A stretch of DNA of 64,000 bases, taken from assembly GCA_001795735.1 (NCBI GenBank), contig MGKQ01000017.1, forward strand, positions 3,326 through 67,325, in the 5' to 3' direction. Source of the DNA: Candidatus Yanofskybacteria bacterium RIFCSPLOWO2_02_FULL_41_13 (GTDB lineage Bacteria; Patescibacteriota; Minisyncoccia; 2-02-FULL-40-12; GWA2-44-9). This document shows, in pieces, positions 1 to 9,639 of this stretch. Numbering within the stretch: position 1 is the stretch's first letter; every line of letters begins with the position of its first letter. The notes below the pieces were generated by a model, which was not told the origin of the DNA, did not search any database, and saw nothing but the letters and a program-made list of their open reading frames with translations. The position numbers and the translations under genes were made by a program.

Positions 1-17
1 TTTATAATATCTTATTT

Positions 18-755
18 TTAAAATTTTTCCTTATACTCCCATATTCCCTTGAATAACTCCCGCAGATTATGTGCTAAACGTTTATCATAAATCTCAATTA
101 AATAATTCGGTTGTTCTTTATATGAAACCATGACTATATAATTGCCCCTGATCCAGACTGCTGAATTAAAATCGAATTTATCGCCGAAATACATAATTTC
201 TCTTTGTGGTAACTTAGGCATTCCTTTCTCTTCTGAATTAGTAATGACCTTAACTTTGAAATCTTTGGTATGAGGTCTGGTGTAATACCATTTGATCCAC
301 TTCTGGTAGCGGGGAGCGAAAGTAGGATCCTGCATGCCCCAAAGCGTTGAGTCTGTTTCTGCCATGCTCTTGTCCCACCTATCCGCTTCGGAATATAGAT
401 AACTCTCCAAATCCAATTCTGAGACAAATTTAATTTTGGGCACGGAATATTCTGTGTTTTTTGAAATAGTATGAAGTTCTGGTATTAAGCTGTCAACGAT
501 GTTCCGCTGCCTGTTAACATAGGTTTTTAGTTGCTCAGGATCCTGGGCTATCAGCATATTTGGACGACTTCCAAGATCTTGCGATATAAACCCTTTGGAC
601 ACCAACTCACTCGCCACACTATAAACCGTGGTTCGGTTGATGCCGGTTATTTTAGCAACTTCGGGAATATCTACTTTTCCCCTCTGTAAAATAGCCAGAT
701 ACAAAGCTATCTCCTTATCGCTTAAACCCAGTTTTTGTAAGTATTCAGTTATCAT
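18..755 (-). CDS. TrmB-family HTH transcriptional regulator
   Basis: The N-terminus 'LGLSDKEIALYLAILQRGKVDIPEVAKITGINRTTVYSVASELVSKGFI' is a TrmB-type winged HTH. The protein is 245 aa. The divergent promoter region 760-880 carries three GTTGACAA motifs. Confidence 0.65.
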   Translation of the reverse strand: MITEYLQKLGLSDKEIALYLAILQRGKVDIPEVAKITGINRTTVYSVASELVSKGFISQDLGSRPNMLIAQDPEQLKTYVNRQRNIVDSLIPELHTISKNTEYSVPKIKFVSELDLESYLYSEADRWDKSMAETDSTLWGMQDPTFAPRYQKWIKWYYTRPHTKDFKVKVITNSEEKGMPKLPQREIMYFGDKFDFNSAVWIRGNYIVMVSYKEQPNYLIEIYDKRLAHNLRELFKGIWEYKEKF

Positions 756-843
756 ATAGCCATTATATCATAGTTTGTTGAAAATTGTCAACAACATTTA
801 TCCACAATATATCGGCGTTATTTCAATACAATGGTTAAAATCG

Positions 844-872
844 TTGACAATTGCAAACTAACATGATATACT
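844..872 (+). promoter_or_regulatory. sigma70-like promoter: TTGACA, 17 nt spacer, TATACT, reading into the GC-rich genes
   Basis: Read directly from sequence. A palindrome gggcactggtgccc and the SD AAGGAGG lie just downstream. Confidence 0.5.
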
Positions 873-929
873 TGAGGTAGAACGTTGACAAAGGGCACTG
901 GTGCCCAACAGTTCTTTAAGGAGGATACC

Positions 930-1127
930 ATGTTCCAGCTTGGTGATCGTCTCGAACTCATCGGTTCCAGTAAGCGTGGCGGCTACGGAGACACCATTCT
1001 TCATGACGTTGCGGACACGGTCACGGTCGCTGAGGTGGTTTCGAGCCAGTTCGGCGACTGGCAGTTCGTTCGGATCGTCGGCCACGACAGACTTTTCCCC
1101 GCCGACTGGTTCGTCAAGATCAACTGA
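930..1127 (+). CDS. small hypothetical protein, 65 aa, on the high-GC island
   Basis: ORF 885..1127. A strong SD AAGGAGG lies 5 nt upstream of the ATG at 930. GC is well above the rest of the window by eye. Confidence 0.45.
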   Translation: MFQLGDRLELIGSSKRGGYGDTILHDVADTVTVAEVVSSQFGDWQFVRIVGHDRLFPADWFVKIN

Positions 1128-1272
1128 TCAAACGGATTCGTGCTCTTGCTGCAAAAGAGGGCTCCTAATGGTGGTGGTCAACCTGGGCGAAACTAAGTTT
1201 CGCCCCTTTCCTGAGACTACGAAATTATTCGCGGTCTCAGAATTGGGAAGTTCTTTTAATGGAGGGTGTGCT

Positions 1273-1644
1273 ATGAACCAAAATATGGAGGCTTGGCGTC
1301 ATCGAATGATTCAAAATGGTGCCGCGGTCAAGAAGATTTCGAAGGCGCTTGTGATTGCCTACTGGACCGAGAGTCGCGAGTCAGATGAAAGGCCGTGCTT
1401 TGCCTCTTACTTTTCAAGAAAAGACTATATCTGCTTCAATGTTTTCTATCGAGGCGTGGAGCAGACAGAGGAGGTTTGGTCGGCTACCTACGCTCGTTTC
1501 CCCGATGGGTGGGGACTCGTCGACTCAAAGGACGTTGAGCCTGTGAAGTTTGAGATGGGCCAATTTTCCGAATCCATCGTGAAGATTAAGGTCTTGGCGC
1601 GGCATGGTCGACAATATACGTTAACCTTCCGCTTCTCAAATTGA
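1273..1644 (+). CDS. hypothetical protein, 123 aa, on the high-GC island
   Basis: This is the in-frame 3' part of track ORF 901..1644. SD GGAGGG precedes the ATG at 1273. A weak hairpin plus T7 follows at about 1709-1731. Confidence 0.45.
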   Translation: MNQNMEAWRHRMIQNGAAVKKISKALVIAYWTESRESDERPCFASYFSRKDYICFNVFYRGVEQTEEVWSATYARFPDGWGLVDSKDVEPVKFEMGQFSESIVKIKVLARHGRQYTLTFRFSN

Positions 1645-1735
1645 ATCACAACGGATTCCTGTACTTTTCCGAAAAAGAGTACTCCTCGCCCTGGAGGTCA
1701 AGGGTGCCACGCATATTGCGTAGCTTTTTTTATTT

Positions 1736-3943
1736 CTACTTCCTGGTTCTATTATGATACCTTTGATGGACTTCTCTTAATTGTTTGTCCGTTACGTGGG
1801 TGTATATCTGGGTTGTTGTCACTGAGGCATGGCCAAGCATAGACTGGACTGAGCGGATATCAGCACCATTACGGAGAAGGTCTGTGGCATACGAATTATG
1901 AGAGATAAATCCATCTGTAATGAGATTGTGAGTCGAATCAATGCCAAAATCAAAAACTTGTTGTTCGTCAGTTTTTATATTGTTAATTTTTTTAACCTTA
2001 AGCCAGATGAGATTTGAATTATCAGCCAGACTCTCTAAAAGTCGGCCTACACTTGAGAAATTCTCACCTTTTTTAAAGGTTTTTAGGCCGAGGATTATTT
2101 TGGATAGTAGATTTCTTGTCGGTGCCAACCACCTATATCTTCGTAGGTACTTTATATTATATTTTTTTTCAAGATATTGATGGAATCCGCTTTTCTCGGG
2201 TAAAGAATCCAGGATTTGAGATATCAAAGTTTGAGCAGGAATCTTATCAGACTCTATTTTGTCAGCTTTTCCTTGATAGATTATATCTTTTTTCAAAGTT
2301 GGAATAAGTTTTTTAAACTTTTTTTGCCCTTCCCTATCAAGGACATGGAGGGTAAAAATTGTATTGGGAATGATTTTACCTTGAGGCAATTTTACCATAC
2401 GATTTCTTTCTAAAACATGACTATCTATACCGAGCCGTATTAATAGCATTTGCAGATCTTTTAGCAGTTCTTTGCTGGAGGAAAAAATTTTTATGGTGCC
2501 GCTGTTACCTTCGGCATCATATATCCCGGCTAGAAACTGTCTAATTTCTGGTTCCGTCGCTTGTAATAATTGAGGGGGGACTCTCTTGTATGGTCCGGTT
2601 CCAATTGGAATGTAATTTCTTAAAAAACTGACCATCTTTTTTGAATAAAAAATTAGCTTATAGGAATTGCTATCTCTCTTTACTAAAAAGGGTTTCTTAC
2701 CAAAGTTTTTTTCAAAAATATTACTATAAAATTTTAAAAAATCCTTATTCTTATCATATATTTTTACCCCACGAAAACGTTCGTTAATCACTCCATCACC
2801 CAGAATATACCCGATAAGTCTCCAAATCTCTGGTTTAAGAAACTTGCGCCCGATCATTTTGATTTCTTTTACCCCAGCAAGATAAGTTCCTAGTTTAATA
2901 TCCTTAGCTTCTATTTCATCAATACCGCCGGTATTTATTGTAAATAGACGGTGTTTGGGTGTGCAAATAAGTTCGTGGCCATCAGCTCGAATTCTAATCA
3001 ACTTATTTTCCATATGACTAAATTTCTGTACCACTTTTTTATCCCTCAATAGACCCCTTTCAAAATCCATGCTTTTGGCGAAGGTGTTGCGGTTTTTGAA
3101 AAGAGTAAGGGCCGAGCAGATCTCCTTATCTAGAAAAATCCTTGTTTCTCTATGCAGACAATGTCTCAATGTATGAGGACTTATTTTTTTACCCATTATC
3201 CCGGCTTTTATTGAATATTTTTTAATAATTCTCTGGATGCTTCTTGGGGTCAGGCGCAAGTTGTCATCTTTTGAAAATGTCTTGCTCTTTGGGATTCTAA
3301 TGAACAGGGCCTCGTCGACATCAGAACGTTTGGATATATACTCATTTATTCTTTTTTTGGCATCCTCCGAAAGAAAAACAAGCCTTATCTTACCGCCCTT
3401 GCCCCTGATCGATAGCTCTCCCCTCTTAACGTCTATTTCCCCCCGATTAAGCGAGCACAGTTCGGATACACGCATACCGGTACTGAAAAGAGTTACGAGA
3501 ATTGCTCTGTCCCTCATCACATCAAGATTCATTCCTTCTGGGGCATCAAAAAGACGCTGAATTTCATCCAGCTCAAGAAATGTCACTTCCCTATCCTCCT
3601 GCTTGCCTAGCTCTATTCTCTCAGCCGGAACAGTTTTTATCCCGACTTTTACTAAATACTTTAAAAAATTACGCAAAGCAATTACATGATAATTCTGGGT
3701 TATTTTCTTAAGCGGCCGGCCTTTTGAATCGCGCAGACGATTTAAATTTAAACGGTACTGGCGGATTAAGTCTTCGTTTAGCTGGCCTATGGTTTTTATC
3801 TTAGCAAAAGCCAGAAACCTATCTAAATACCGCCCATAGTTCTCAAGGGTCTTTAAAGACTTGTTCTTCTCTATCTCCAGATATTCCAGATATCTTATTT
3901 TTAAATCTTTAATGTCCGACATATTTGGGGCCTGCTCCGTCAC
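1736..3943 (-). CDS. tyrosine site-specific recombinase, XerC/XerD-like, with an in-frame intein
   Basis: The N-terminal core-binding domain and the catalytic motifs are present: '[23 protein letters not shown]', 'HTLRH' and '[34 protein letters not shown]'. The two extein halves total about 313 aa, which is typical Xer size. The intein begins 'HTLRH|C' and ends 'HN|S'. Confidence 0.8.
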   Translation of the reverse strand: MTEQAPNMSDIKDLKIRYLEYLEIEKNKSLKTLENYGRYLDRFLAFAKIKTIGQLNEDLIRQYRLNLNRLRDSKGRPLKKITQNYHVIALRNFLKYLVKVGIKTVPAERIELGKQEDREVTFLELDEIQRLFDAPEGMNLDVMRDRAILVTLFSTGMRVSELCSLNRGEIDVKRGELSIRGKGGKIRLVFLSEDAKKRINEYISKRSDVDEALFIRIPKSKTFSKDDNLRLTPRSIQRIIKKYSIKAGIMGKKISPHTLRHCLHRETRIFLDKEICSALTLFKNRNTFAKSMDFERGLLRDKKVVQKFSHMENKLIRIRADGHELICTPKHRLFTINTGGIDEIEAKDIKLGTYLAGVKEIKMIGRKFLKPEIWRLIGYILGDGVINERFRGVKIYDKNKDFLKFYSNIFEKNFGKKPFLVKRDSNSYKLIFYSKKMVSFLRNYIPIGTGPYKRVPPQLLQATEPEIRQFLAGIYDAEGNSGTIKIFSSSKELLKDLQMLLIRLGIDSHVLERNRMVKLPQGKIIPNTIFTLHVLDREGQKKFKKLIPTLKKDIIYQGKADKIESDKIPAQTLISQILDSLPEKSGFHQYLEKKYNIKYLRRYRWLAPTRNLLSKIILGLKTFKKGENFSSVGRLLESLADNSNLIWLKVKKINNIKTDEQQVFDFGIDSTHNLITDGFISHNSYATDLLRNGADIRSVQSMLGHASVTTTQIYTHVTDKQLREVHQRYHNRTRK
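1895..3160 (-). mobile_element. intein, about 422 aa, with a LAGLIDADG homing-endonuclease domain, inside the recombinase
   Basis: Starts with Cys (codon 3158-3160, minus strand) right after HTLRH. Block B reads 'TPKHRLF'. The LAGLIDADG motifs are '[11 protein letters not shown]' and '[10 protein letters not shown]'. It ends 'FISHN' followed by Ser (1892-1894). Confidence 0.75.
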
Positions 3944-4130
3944 TCAACAAGCGCCTCATCAAAGGCGACCCGAATAAGTGTATTTTAAAAAATAATTTGA
4001 GTTGCGAATACCGAACTATAACCCGAGATAGGTGACAAGGAGTCCTGCGCTTGTTGTAGTGCGGGGTCGCATAATAATTATAGCAGGTTCTGTTGTAAAA
4101 GTAAGTAGTTTATGTTACAATTCTGATGTT

Positions 4131-4394
4131 ATGTTAACTCCACAGCAAAAGGCTAAAATACTAAATAACTTCAGGGTTCATGATAAAGATACAGGCTCTC
4201 CCGAAGCCCAGATTGCTTTGTTTACTGAAGAGATCGAAAAACTGACGAAACATCTCAAAAAACATGGCAAAGATAACAGTTCCCGTGTCGGCCTTTTGAA
4301 AATGGTTGCCAAAAGAAAAAGACTGCTCGACTATCTGAAAAGGGGGGACGCCAAAAGATACAGTTCTCTAGTGAAGAAGCTTGGCCTTAAATGA
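4131..4394 (+). CDS. rpsO: 30S ribosomal protein S15
   Basis: The sequence 'MLTPQQKAKILNNFRVHDKDTGSPEAQIALFTEEIEKLTKHLKKHGKDNSSRVGLLKMV' is 88 aa. The track ORF extends upstream, but the S15 N-terminus fixes the start. Confidence 0.9.
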   Translation: MLTPQQKAKILNNFRVHDKDTGSPEAQIALFTEEIEKLTKHLKKHGKDNSSRVGLLKMVAKRKRLLDYLKRGDAKRYSSLVKKLGLK

Positions 4395-4397
4395 AGC

Positions 4398-4790
4398 ATG
4401 AAAAAGGAGTTCTATAGCTGGAATCAATTCGAGAAAGATTGCAATAAACTGGCCAAACTTGTTAAAAAAAGTAAGCAGTCGCTTAAGGCCGTCTATGGCA
4501 TACCTAGAGGAGGGCTTACTTTGGCCGTTAGGCTTTCTCATAAACTGGAGCTGCCCCTTATTGTAGATGGGTCCTTAGTTAACAGAAGCACTCTTATCGT
4601 TGATGATATTGCTGATTCTGGAAAAACCCTAATATTGTTTTGCGGCAAGAATAAATATATTACAGCCACTTTGTTTTACAGTCCGAATAGTGACTGTAAA
4701 CCGACGTATTTTTCAAGAAAAAAAGAAAAATGGGTGGTTTTCCCTTGGGAAGAAGAGAAGACAAGTAAGTATGATAAAACAAAAGTATGA
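4398..4790 (+). CDS. type I phosphoribosyltransferase, purine/xanthine PRT-like
   Basis: PRPP-binding motif 'LIVDDIADSGKT'. 130 aa. Confidence 0.6.
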   Translation: MKKEFYSWNQFEKDCNKLAKLVKKSKQSLKAVYGIPRGGLTLAVRLSHKLELPLIVDGSLVNRSTLIVDDIADSGKTLILFCGKNKYITATLFYSPNSDCKPTYFSRKKEKWVVFPWEEEKTSKYDKTKV

Positions 4791-5338
4791 TGACAAATAA
4801 AAAAATCACAATTCCTCAAAGAAAGAACCATCGAGTCGGAGTTTTCGTTGATGTCCAGAATATGTATCATTCGGCAAAGAACCTCTACGGAGCAAGGGTT
4901 AACTTTAAAGAGCTGCTCAGGATTGCCGTAGCTAACAGGGAGCTCGTGAGAGCCGTGGCCTATGTGGTTAAATCCGACACCGAAGAAGAGAAGGCCTTTT
5001 TTGATGCCCTCGAAAAAGCCGGATTTGAACTAAAAATCAAAGACCTGCAGATATTCCCGGGCGGCATGAAAAAGGGTGATTGGGATGTCGGTCTGGCAAT
5101 TGACGCCATAGGCATGTCCAAACAGTTGGATGTAGTGGTTATAGTGTCAGGAGACGGCGATTTTGAGCCATTAATCAGCTATTTAAAGCATGGCGGATTG
5201 ATAGTCGAGACTGTCGGTTTCAGGAGAAGTACAAGCTCAAAATCAATTGAAGTAGCCAATAACTTTTTTGACTTAGATGAGATTTACGATAAAGTACTAA
5301 TGGTGGGCAAAAAGCATTTTAATAAGTATAGGAAATAA
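4787..5338 (+). CDS. NYN-domain (LabA-like) protein
   Basis: 'VGVFVDVQN' and 'VVVIVSGDGDF' match a NYN/LabA nuclease-like domain. Confidence 0.6.
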   Translation: MMTNKKITIPQRKNHRVGVFVDVQNMYHSAKNLYGARVNFKELLRIAVANRELVRAVAYVVKSDTEEEKAFFDALEKAGFELKIKDLQIFPGGMKKGDWDVGLAIDAIGMSKQLDVVVIVSGDGDFEPLISYLKHGGLIVETVGFRRSTSSKSIEVANNFFDLDEIYDKVLMVGKKHFNKYRK

Positions 5339-5387
5339 TTCATAGATAATTCGGGGCAGATCGAGAAACAAGGTAGTCGGGGTTTTC

Positions 5388-5423
5388 CCCAGCCCTAGTT
5401 TTTTTTAAAAAACTAGGGCTGGG
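5388..5423 (+). promoter_or_regulatory. near-perfect 17-bp-stem hairpin (cccagccctagtttttt / aaaaaactagggctggg) between the NYN gene and pnp
   Basis: The palindrome was read directly. Its position upstream of pnp recalls the RNase III-processed pnp leader, or it may be a bidirectional terminator. Confidence 0.5.
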
Positions 5424-5467
5424 AAGAATCTCGTTACTCGTCTGGCCTGGTTATTTACCTGATCTAA

Positions 5468-7567
5468 ATGCCTATTAAAAGGTATGAGGAAGAGTTCGCG
5501 GGAAAACTGCTGAAAGTTGAAATTGGCCGGTTAGCCAACCTGGCTAACGGCTCGGTCTATGTTCAGTACGGAAATACGGCTGTTCTTGTAACGGCGGTAA
5601 TGTCTTCGTCGACAAAATCGGTAGATTATATGCCTCTTTCGGTTGACTACGAAGAAAGATATTATGCCGCCGGAAAAATTAAAGGTTCAAAATGGATGAA
5701 AAGAGAAGGTCGGCCTTCGGATGAGGCAATTCTAAGCGGACGCCTGATTGATCGGTCTTTGCGTCCTCGATTTGATCATCGAATACGCAATGATATTCAA
5801 ATCGTAGCAACGGTGCTGTCTTTTGACGGACAAAACGATCCAGATATGCCGGCATTATTTGGCGCATCTCTAGCCTTAACGATATCGGATATTCCCTTTA
5901 ACGGCCCGGTGGCAAGTACCCGAATCGGACGGATTGAAGGCAAATTAGTTTTCAATCCCACCTATGAAGAACGGCTAAAAAGCGACTTTGACATTGTCGC
6001 CGCCGGAACTTCCAACCGGATAAATATGATCGAAGCCGGAGCTTCAATAGTGGCTGAAAAAGACATTGCCGAAGCAATTGTTTCTGGCTTTAAAGAATTT
6101 CAAAAACTCATCAAATTTCAGGAGGTTATCTCCGGTGATTTAAAACCCAAAAAACGACAGCTTGCTTTAGCCGAAACGGACAAAGAACTTGCCAAGGCGG
6201 TTAAAGACTTTTCAGCTTCAAGCCTTGAAAAAGCAATTTATACCAAGAATAAGCAGGAGTATGTCGAAAATATGGCCAAAGCGAAGGAAGACCTATCGCA
6301 ACGCATAAAAGACTTGTTTAAAGATACTTCCAATATTGATGCAAAGCTCAAAGAAGCTGTCCACTTGTTCGACGAGGAGATCAATGATGTTGTTCATGAG
6401 AATATTCTGGCGTCCGAAAAAAGACCCGACTTCAGAAAATTAGATGAAGTAAGAGAACTGGCCGTAGACTGCGGCGTTCTCCCCCATTCTCATGGTTCAG
6501 GATTGTTTCAGCGCGGAACAACCCAGGTTCTTTCCACCTTAACCCTGGCTTCTCCGGGTATGGAACAGTGGGTAGAAACAATGGAAATAGAGCTTACTAA
6601 AAAAAGATTTATGCATCATTACATATTCCCACCATTTAGCGTCGGCGAAGTTGGCCGAATCGGAGGTACTGGACGGCGCGATATCGGTCACGGAGCCTTA
6701 GCTGAGAGAGCTCTGTCGCCTGTTATTCCCCCGAAAGATTCTTTTCCCTACACAATTCGTATGGTTTCCGAAACGCTGGCCTCCAATGGGTCATCTTCGA
6801 TGGCTTCGGTCTGCGGTTCATCTCTGGCTTTGATGGACGGTGGCGTACCAGTTTCTTCAGCTGTAGCCGGCATTGCCATGGGGGTTATGTTCGATAAGGA
6901 AGGTCAAAATTATAAAGTTTTAACCGACATTCAGGGTCCCGAAGACCATCATGGCGATATGGATTTCAAAGTTGCCGGAACCAAAGATGGCATCACTGCC
7001 ATGCAGATGGATGTTAAAGTTGAAGGAATCACCGGTGAAGTTCTTGAAAAAGCCCTCCTTCAAGCCCAAAAAGCCCGGCTGGAAATCCTCGGAAAAATGA
7101 ATTCCAAAATTGCCCAGCCCAGACCCGATCTTTCGCCTCTAGCCCCCCGAGTTCAGACCATCAAAATAGATCCCGAAAAAATAGGGGCGGTTATCGGCAA
7201 AGGCGGTGAAATAATCAACAAAATTATCGAAGAAACTGGCGCAGAAATTGATATTGAAGACGATGGGTCAATTTTTATTACCTGCATATCGGCCGAGGGA
7301 ATGAAGAAGGCTATTTCTATGATTGAAGAGCTCACCTATGAGGTAAGGCCGGAAGACGAGTTTGATGGCAGAGTTGTTAGCATTAGGGACTTCGGGGCTT
7401 TTATTGAGATCATGCCGGGAAAGGATGGTATGGTTCACATCTCAGAGATAAGCGATGAGAGAGTAAAAAGCGTTTCGGATGTTCTAAAGATGGGCCAAAA
7501 AGTTCACGTTCGGGTTAAGGGTGTTGATGAGATGGGCAGGATAAGTTTAACTATGAGAAAGAAGTAA
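5468..7567 (+). CDS. pnp: polynucleotide phosphorylase
   Basis: 699 aa. Two RNase PH domains and C-terminal KH plus S1 domains are present ('GEIINKIIEETGAEIDIEDDG', 'GRVVSIRDFGAFIEI'). Confidence 0.95.
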   Translation: MPIKRYEEEFAGKLLKVEIGRLANLANGSVYVQYGNTAVLVTAVMSSSTKSVDYMPLSVDYEERYYAAGKIKGSKWMKREGRPSDEAILSGRLIDRSLRPRFDHRIRNDIQIVATVLSFDGQNDPDMPALFGASLALTISDIPFNGPVASTRIGRIEGKLVFNPTYEERLKSDFDIVAAGTSNRINMIEAGASIVAEKDIAEAIVSGFKEFQKLIKFQEVISGDLKPKKRQLALAETDKELAKAVKDFSASSLEKAIYTKNKQEYVENMAKAKEDLSQRIKDLFKDTSNIDAKLKEAVHLFDEEINDVVHENILASEKRPDFRKLDEVRELAVDCGVLPHSHGSGLFQRGTTQVLSTLTLASPGMEQWVETMEIELTKKRFMHHYIFPPFSVGEVGRIGGTGRRDIGHGALAERALSPVIPPKDSFPYTIRMVSETLASNGSSSMASVCGSSLALMDGGVPVSSAVAGIAMGVMFDKEGQNYKVLTDIQGPEDHHGDMDFKVAGTKDGITAMQMDVKVEGITGEVLEKALLQAQKARLEILGKMNSKIAQPRPDLSPLAPRVQTIKIDPEKIGAVIGKGGEIINKIIEETGAEIDIEDDGSIFITCISAEGMKKAISMIEELTYEVRPEDEFDGRVVSIRDFGAFIEIMPGKDGMVHISEISDERVKSVSDVLKMGQKVHVRVKGVDEMGRISLTMRKK

Positions 7568-7699
7568 TAATTGATAATCTCCATTATATCTAATGATGCA
7601 AATATGGTAGAATTAGTCTGACTATGAAGATGTAACAAGCTAATAGGTCTTAAACATTTTTTTGGTTTATAACCTTAGGTTTGTAAATCCTACCACGGA

Positions 7700-9154
7700 A
7701 TGGATGAGAAAGATCAAAAAACACTCACCATCGCTGATATATTAGAGCAGCTAACAAAACCGTCCGTTATTCAATCTCAAGTACCTTTGGGACCAATTTC
7801 GGTTCCGAAAACTACGTTCTCGCCACTACCAGTTCAGTCAGCTGAATCAGGAATTAGACTTCCGGAATTAGGCAAAAAGCTAGAATCATCAACAGCTGTT
7901 CCCATACCGTCCATTGGTCAGTCGCCGAAAGATATTAGAATGTCCATAAGGACAATGTCGGCTGACTTAGCTAGACTTAAGCAAGGCCAAAAACCTACGG
8001 TTTTTGAGGTTAAAAAAACAGCCCTATCAACCCAAAAAGTCGATGGAATATCTCCCCCGCTATCTGCTGTAGCTAAGACGCCTTTGCAAACAGCAGTACC
8101 ACCACCCATAGCTTCACCCCCTTCTTTACAAACACCAGCTTTCAGACCAAGCCCTGTCGTCAGGTCGGTTCCGTCATTTCAGCCATCGCCTAGGCCAGTT
8201 TCCGGTCCATTGGAACCAAGACCTCTCCCCCCTCTACCATCACTTTCCCAGAAAAAGTCAAAAGAACCGGAGCATCGTCACCCGGAGAGGATAATCTCTC
8301 AAGATTCACTGCCATCTTTTCTTGGCGCCCCAGTTCCTAAAAAAGTAGCAAAGCCGCCGGAAGAAAAAGTCGAGTATGGACTAATTGCCAGAGTAATAGG
8401 CAGTGGCATGACTACGGGTATCATCAGTACTATCGTTGTAGCTCTGGCCATATATATTCTTCTTACGTATTTTGTTTTCAACAAAGAAGATACCACCGTT
8501 ACGACTCCCGTTCCAACTCAAAGCGAAACATTACCGACACCTGTAATTAACGAGCTGGAGACAATTTTTAAGGCTGTTCCGGCCGACAATTTTTCGATAC
8601 CCGATAATAAAGAACAAACAGTCTCGGTACTGATAAGCTTCATGAGGAATAAGGTGCTGGTCAAAAAAGAACTAAGGAGGATTAACTTTATACCGTCATC
8701 GGATCAAGTAAAGATAGACGATTTTCACAAACTTTTAGATACTCTAGAGGTTAAGTATCCAGCGGAGCTTAAAGATAACGTCAATACAAATCGGATAGTC
8801 ATGTTATACGGCCAGGATGAACTATTCAGCCAGGCAGTAGAAGTCCCTAAAAGAATGATTTTTATTACAGAGGTTAAGGATACAGACAAAATTATCAGCT
8901 TAATAAAGCGTTGGGAACTAACTATGCCCAACGATTTTAAGAATATTTTTGAGCTAGATGTAAGCAAGCAAGCAAGCCAGAACTTCTTAGATAACCAGTA
9001 TCGCAATACCTCTATACGTTATAATAACTTTCCTTTTCCGGACAGAAGCATTGATTATGCAGTCGTGGCATCATTAACCGGCAAGCAGTACCTTATTATT
9101 ACTAACTCACGGGAATCTATTTATCTCCCGATTGATAAGATCAAGGGTCTTTAA
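7700..9154 (+). CDS. hypothetical bitopic membrane protein with a Pro-rich N-terminal region
   Basis: 484 aa. One predicted TM segment ('GIISTIVVALAIYILLTYFVF'). No recognisable domain. Confidence 0.5.
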   Translation: MDEKDQKTLTIADILEQLTKPSVIQSQVPLGPISVPKTTFSPLPVQSAESGIRLPELGKKLESSTAVPIPSIGQSPKDIRMSIRTMSADLARLKQGQKPTVFEVKKTALSTQKVDGISPPLSAVAKTPLQTAVPPPIASPPSLQTPAFRPSPVVRSVPSFQPSPRPVSGPLEPRPLPPLPSLSQKKSKEPEHRHPERIISQDSLPSFLGAPVPKKVAKPPEEKVEYGLIARVIGSGMTTGIISTIVVALAIYILLTYFVFNKEDTTVTTPVPTQSETLPTPVINELETIFKAVPADNFSIPDNKEQTVSVLISFMRNKVLVKKELRRINFIPSSDQVKIDDFHKLLDTLEVKYPAELKDNVNTNRIVMLYGQDELFSQAVEVPKRMIFITEVKDTDKIISLIKRWELTMPNDFKNIFELDVSKQASQNFLDNQYRNTSIRYNNFPFPDRSIDYAVVASLTGKQYLIITNSRESIYLPIDKIKGL

Positions 9155-9246
9155 AGCAACTTTAGTCTCAGTAAAGTCAGTCACTATTTGTTATCATTCT
9201 GTTAATAAGTCACTTTCGGTTTATTACAATCCGGCTTCTTTTCTGC

Positions 9247-9372
9247 AAATGTCACCAATTAATGTAGATTTTAAGCTATTTTTTGAAGGTGACATTTATC
9301 GGTGACATAATTTTTATTGGTGACAAATTATCCACAGACTGCCATGTTGACTTTGCATAATGCAGGATGCTA
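9247..9372 (+). promoter_or_regulatory. operator/promoter region upstream of the dksA-like gene
   Basis: It holds a 10-bp inverted repeat aaatgtcacc...ggtgacattt and three direct GGTGACA repeats (9286-9325). A perfect DnaA-box TTATCCACA lies at about 9328-9336. A putative promoter reads TTGACT, 18 nt spacer, TATACT (about 9347-9376). Confidence 0.4.
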
Positions 9373-9639
9373 TACTCAGTATAGATCCTTATTTGCTGGT
9401 GTTTATTAAAAGTTGTAATAAATGCTGGCTCAATTTTCAGATCTCTGGCGGAATAATTTTTTCTATCTAGGAGGACTTATTTCGCCAGGGATCTAAATAG
9501 CCCTGGCTCAAGTTAAAGCACTTAGCTTAATTCATTGAGTATCAGGGCTTTTTATTATAAAAGTTTTGACCGTATCTAGCATTTTGCCTTTTAATTTCCA
9601 TCATGATATGCTGATTTATTCCCAGTTTAATACAGTCCA

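Noticed and set aside
134-427. Small ORFs nested inside or antisense to the TrmB gene, and similar short ORFs inside pnp, polA, lon, recG and leuS.
   Set aside because: They are entirely contained within well-supported conserved genes in other frames. They are typical six-frame noise.
901-1644. A 247-aa ORF spans the whole GC-rich island.
   Set aside because: Its 5' two-thirds is an alternative frame of the SD-supported gene at 930-1127 and of the intergenic hairpins, open only because GC-rich DNA has few stops. Only the in-frame 3' part from the ATG at 1273 has an SD and a plausible start.
9328-9336. A DnaA box as evidence for oriC.
   Set aside because: Only single perfect boxes are seen, here and at about 808. 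There is no clustered box array with an adjacent AT-rich DUE and no dnaA or dnaN nearby. It is more likely regulatory.
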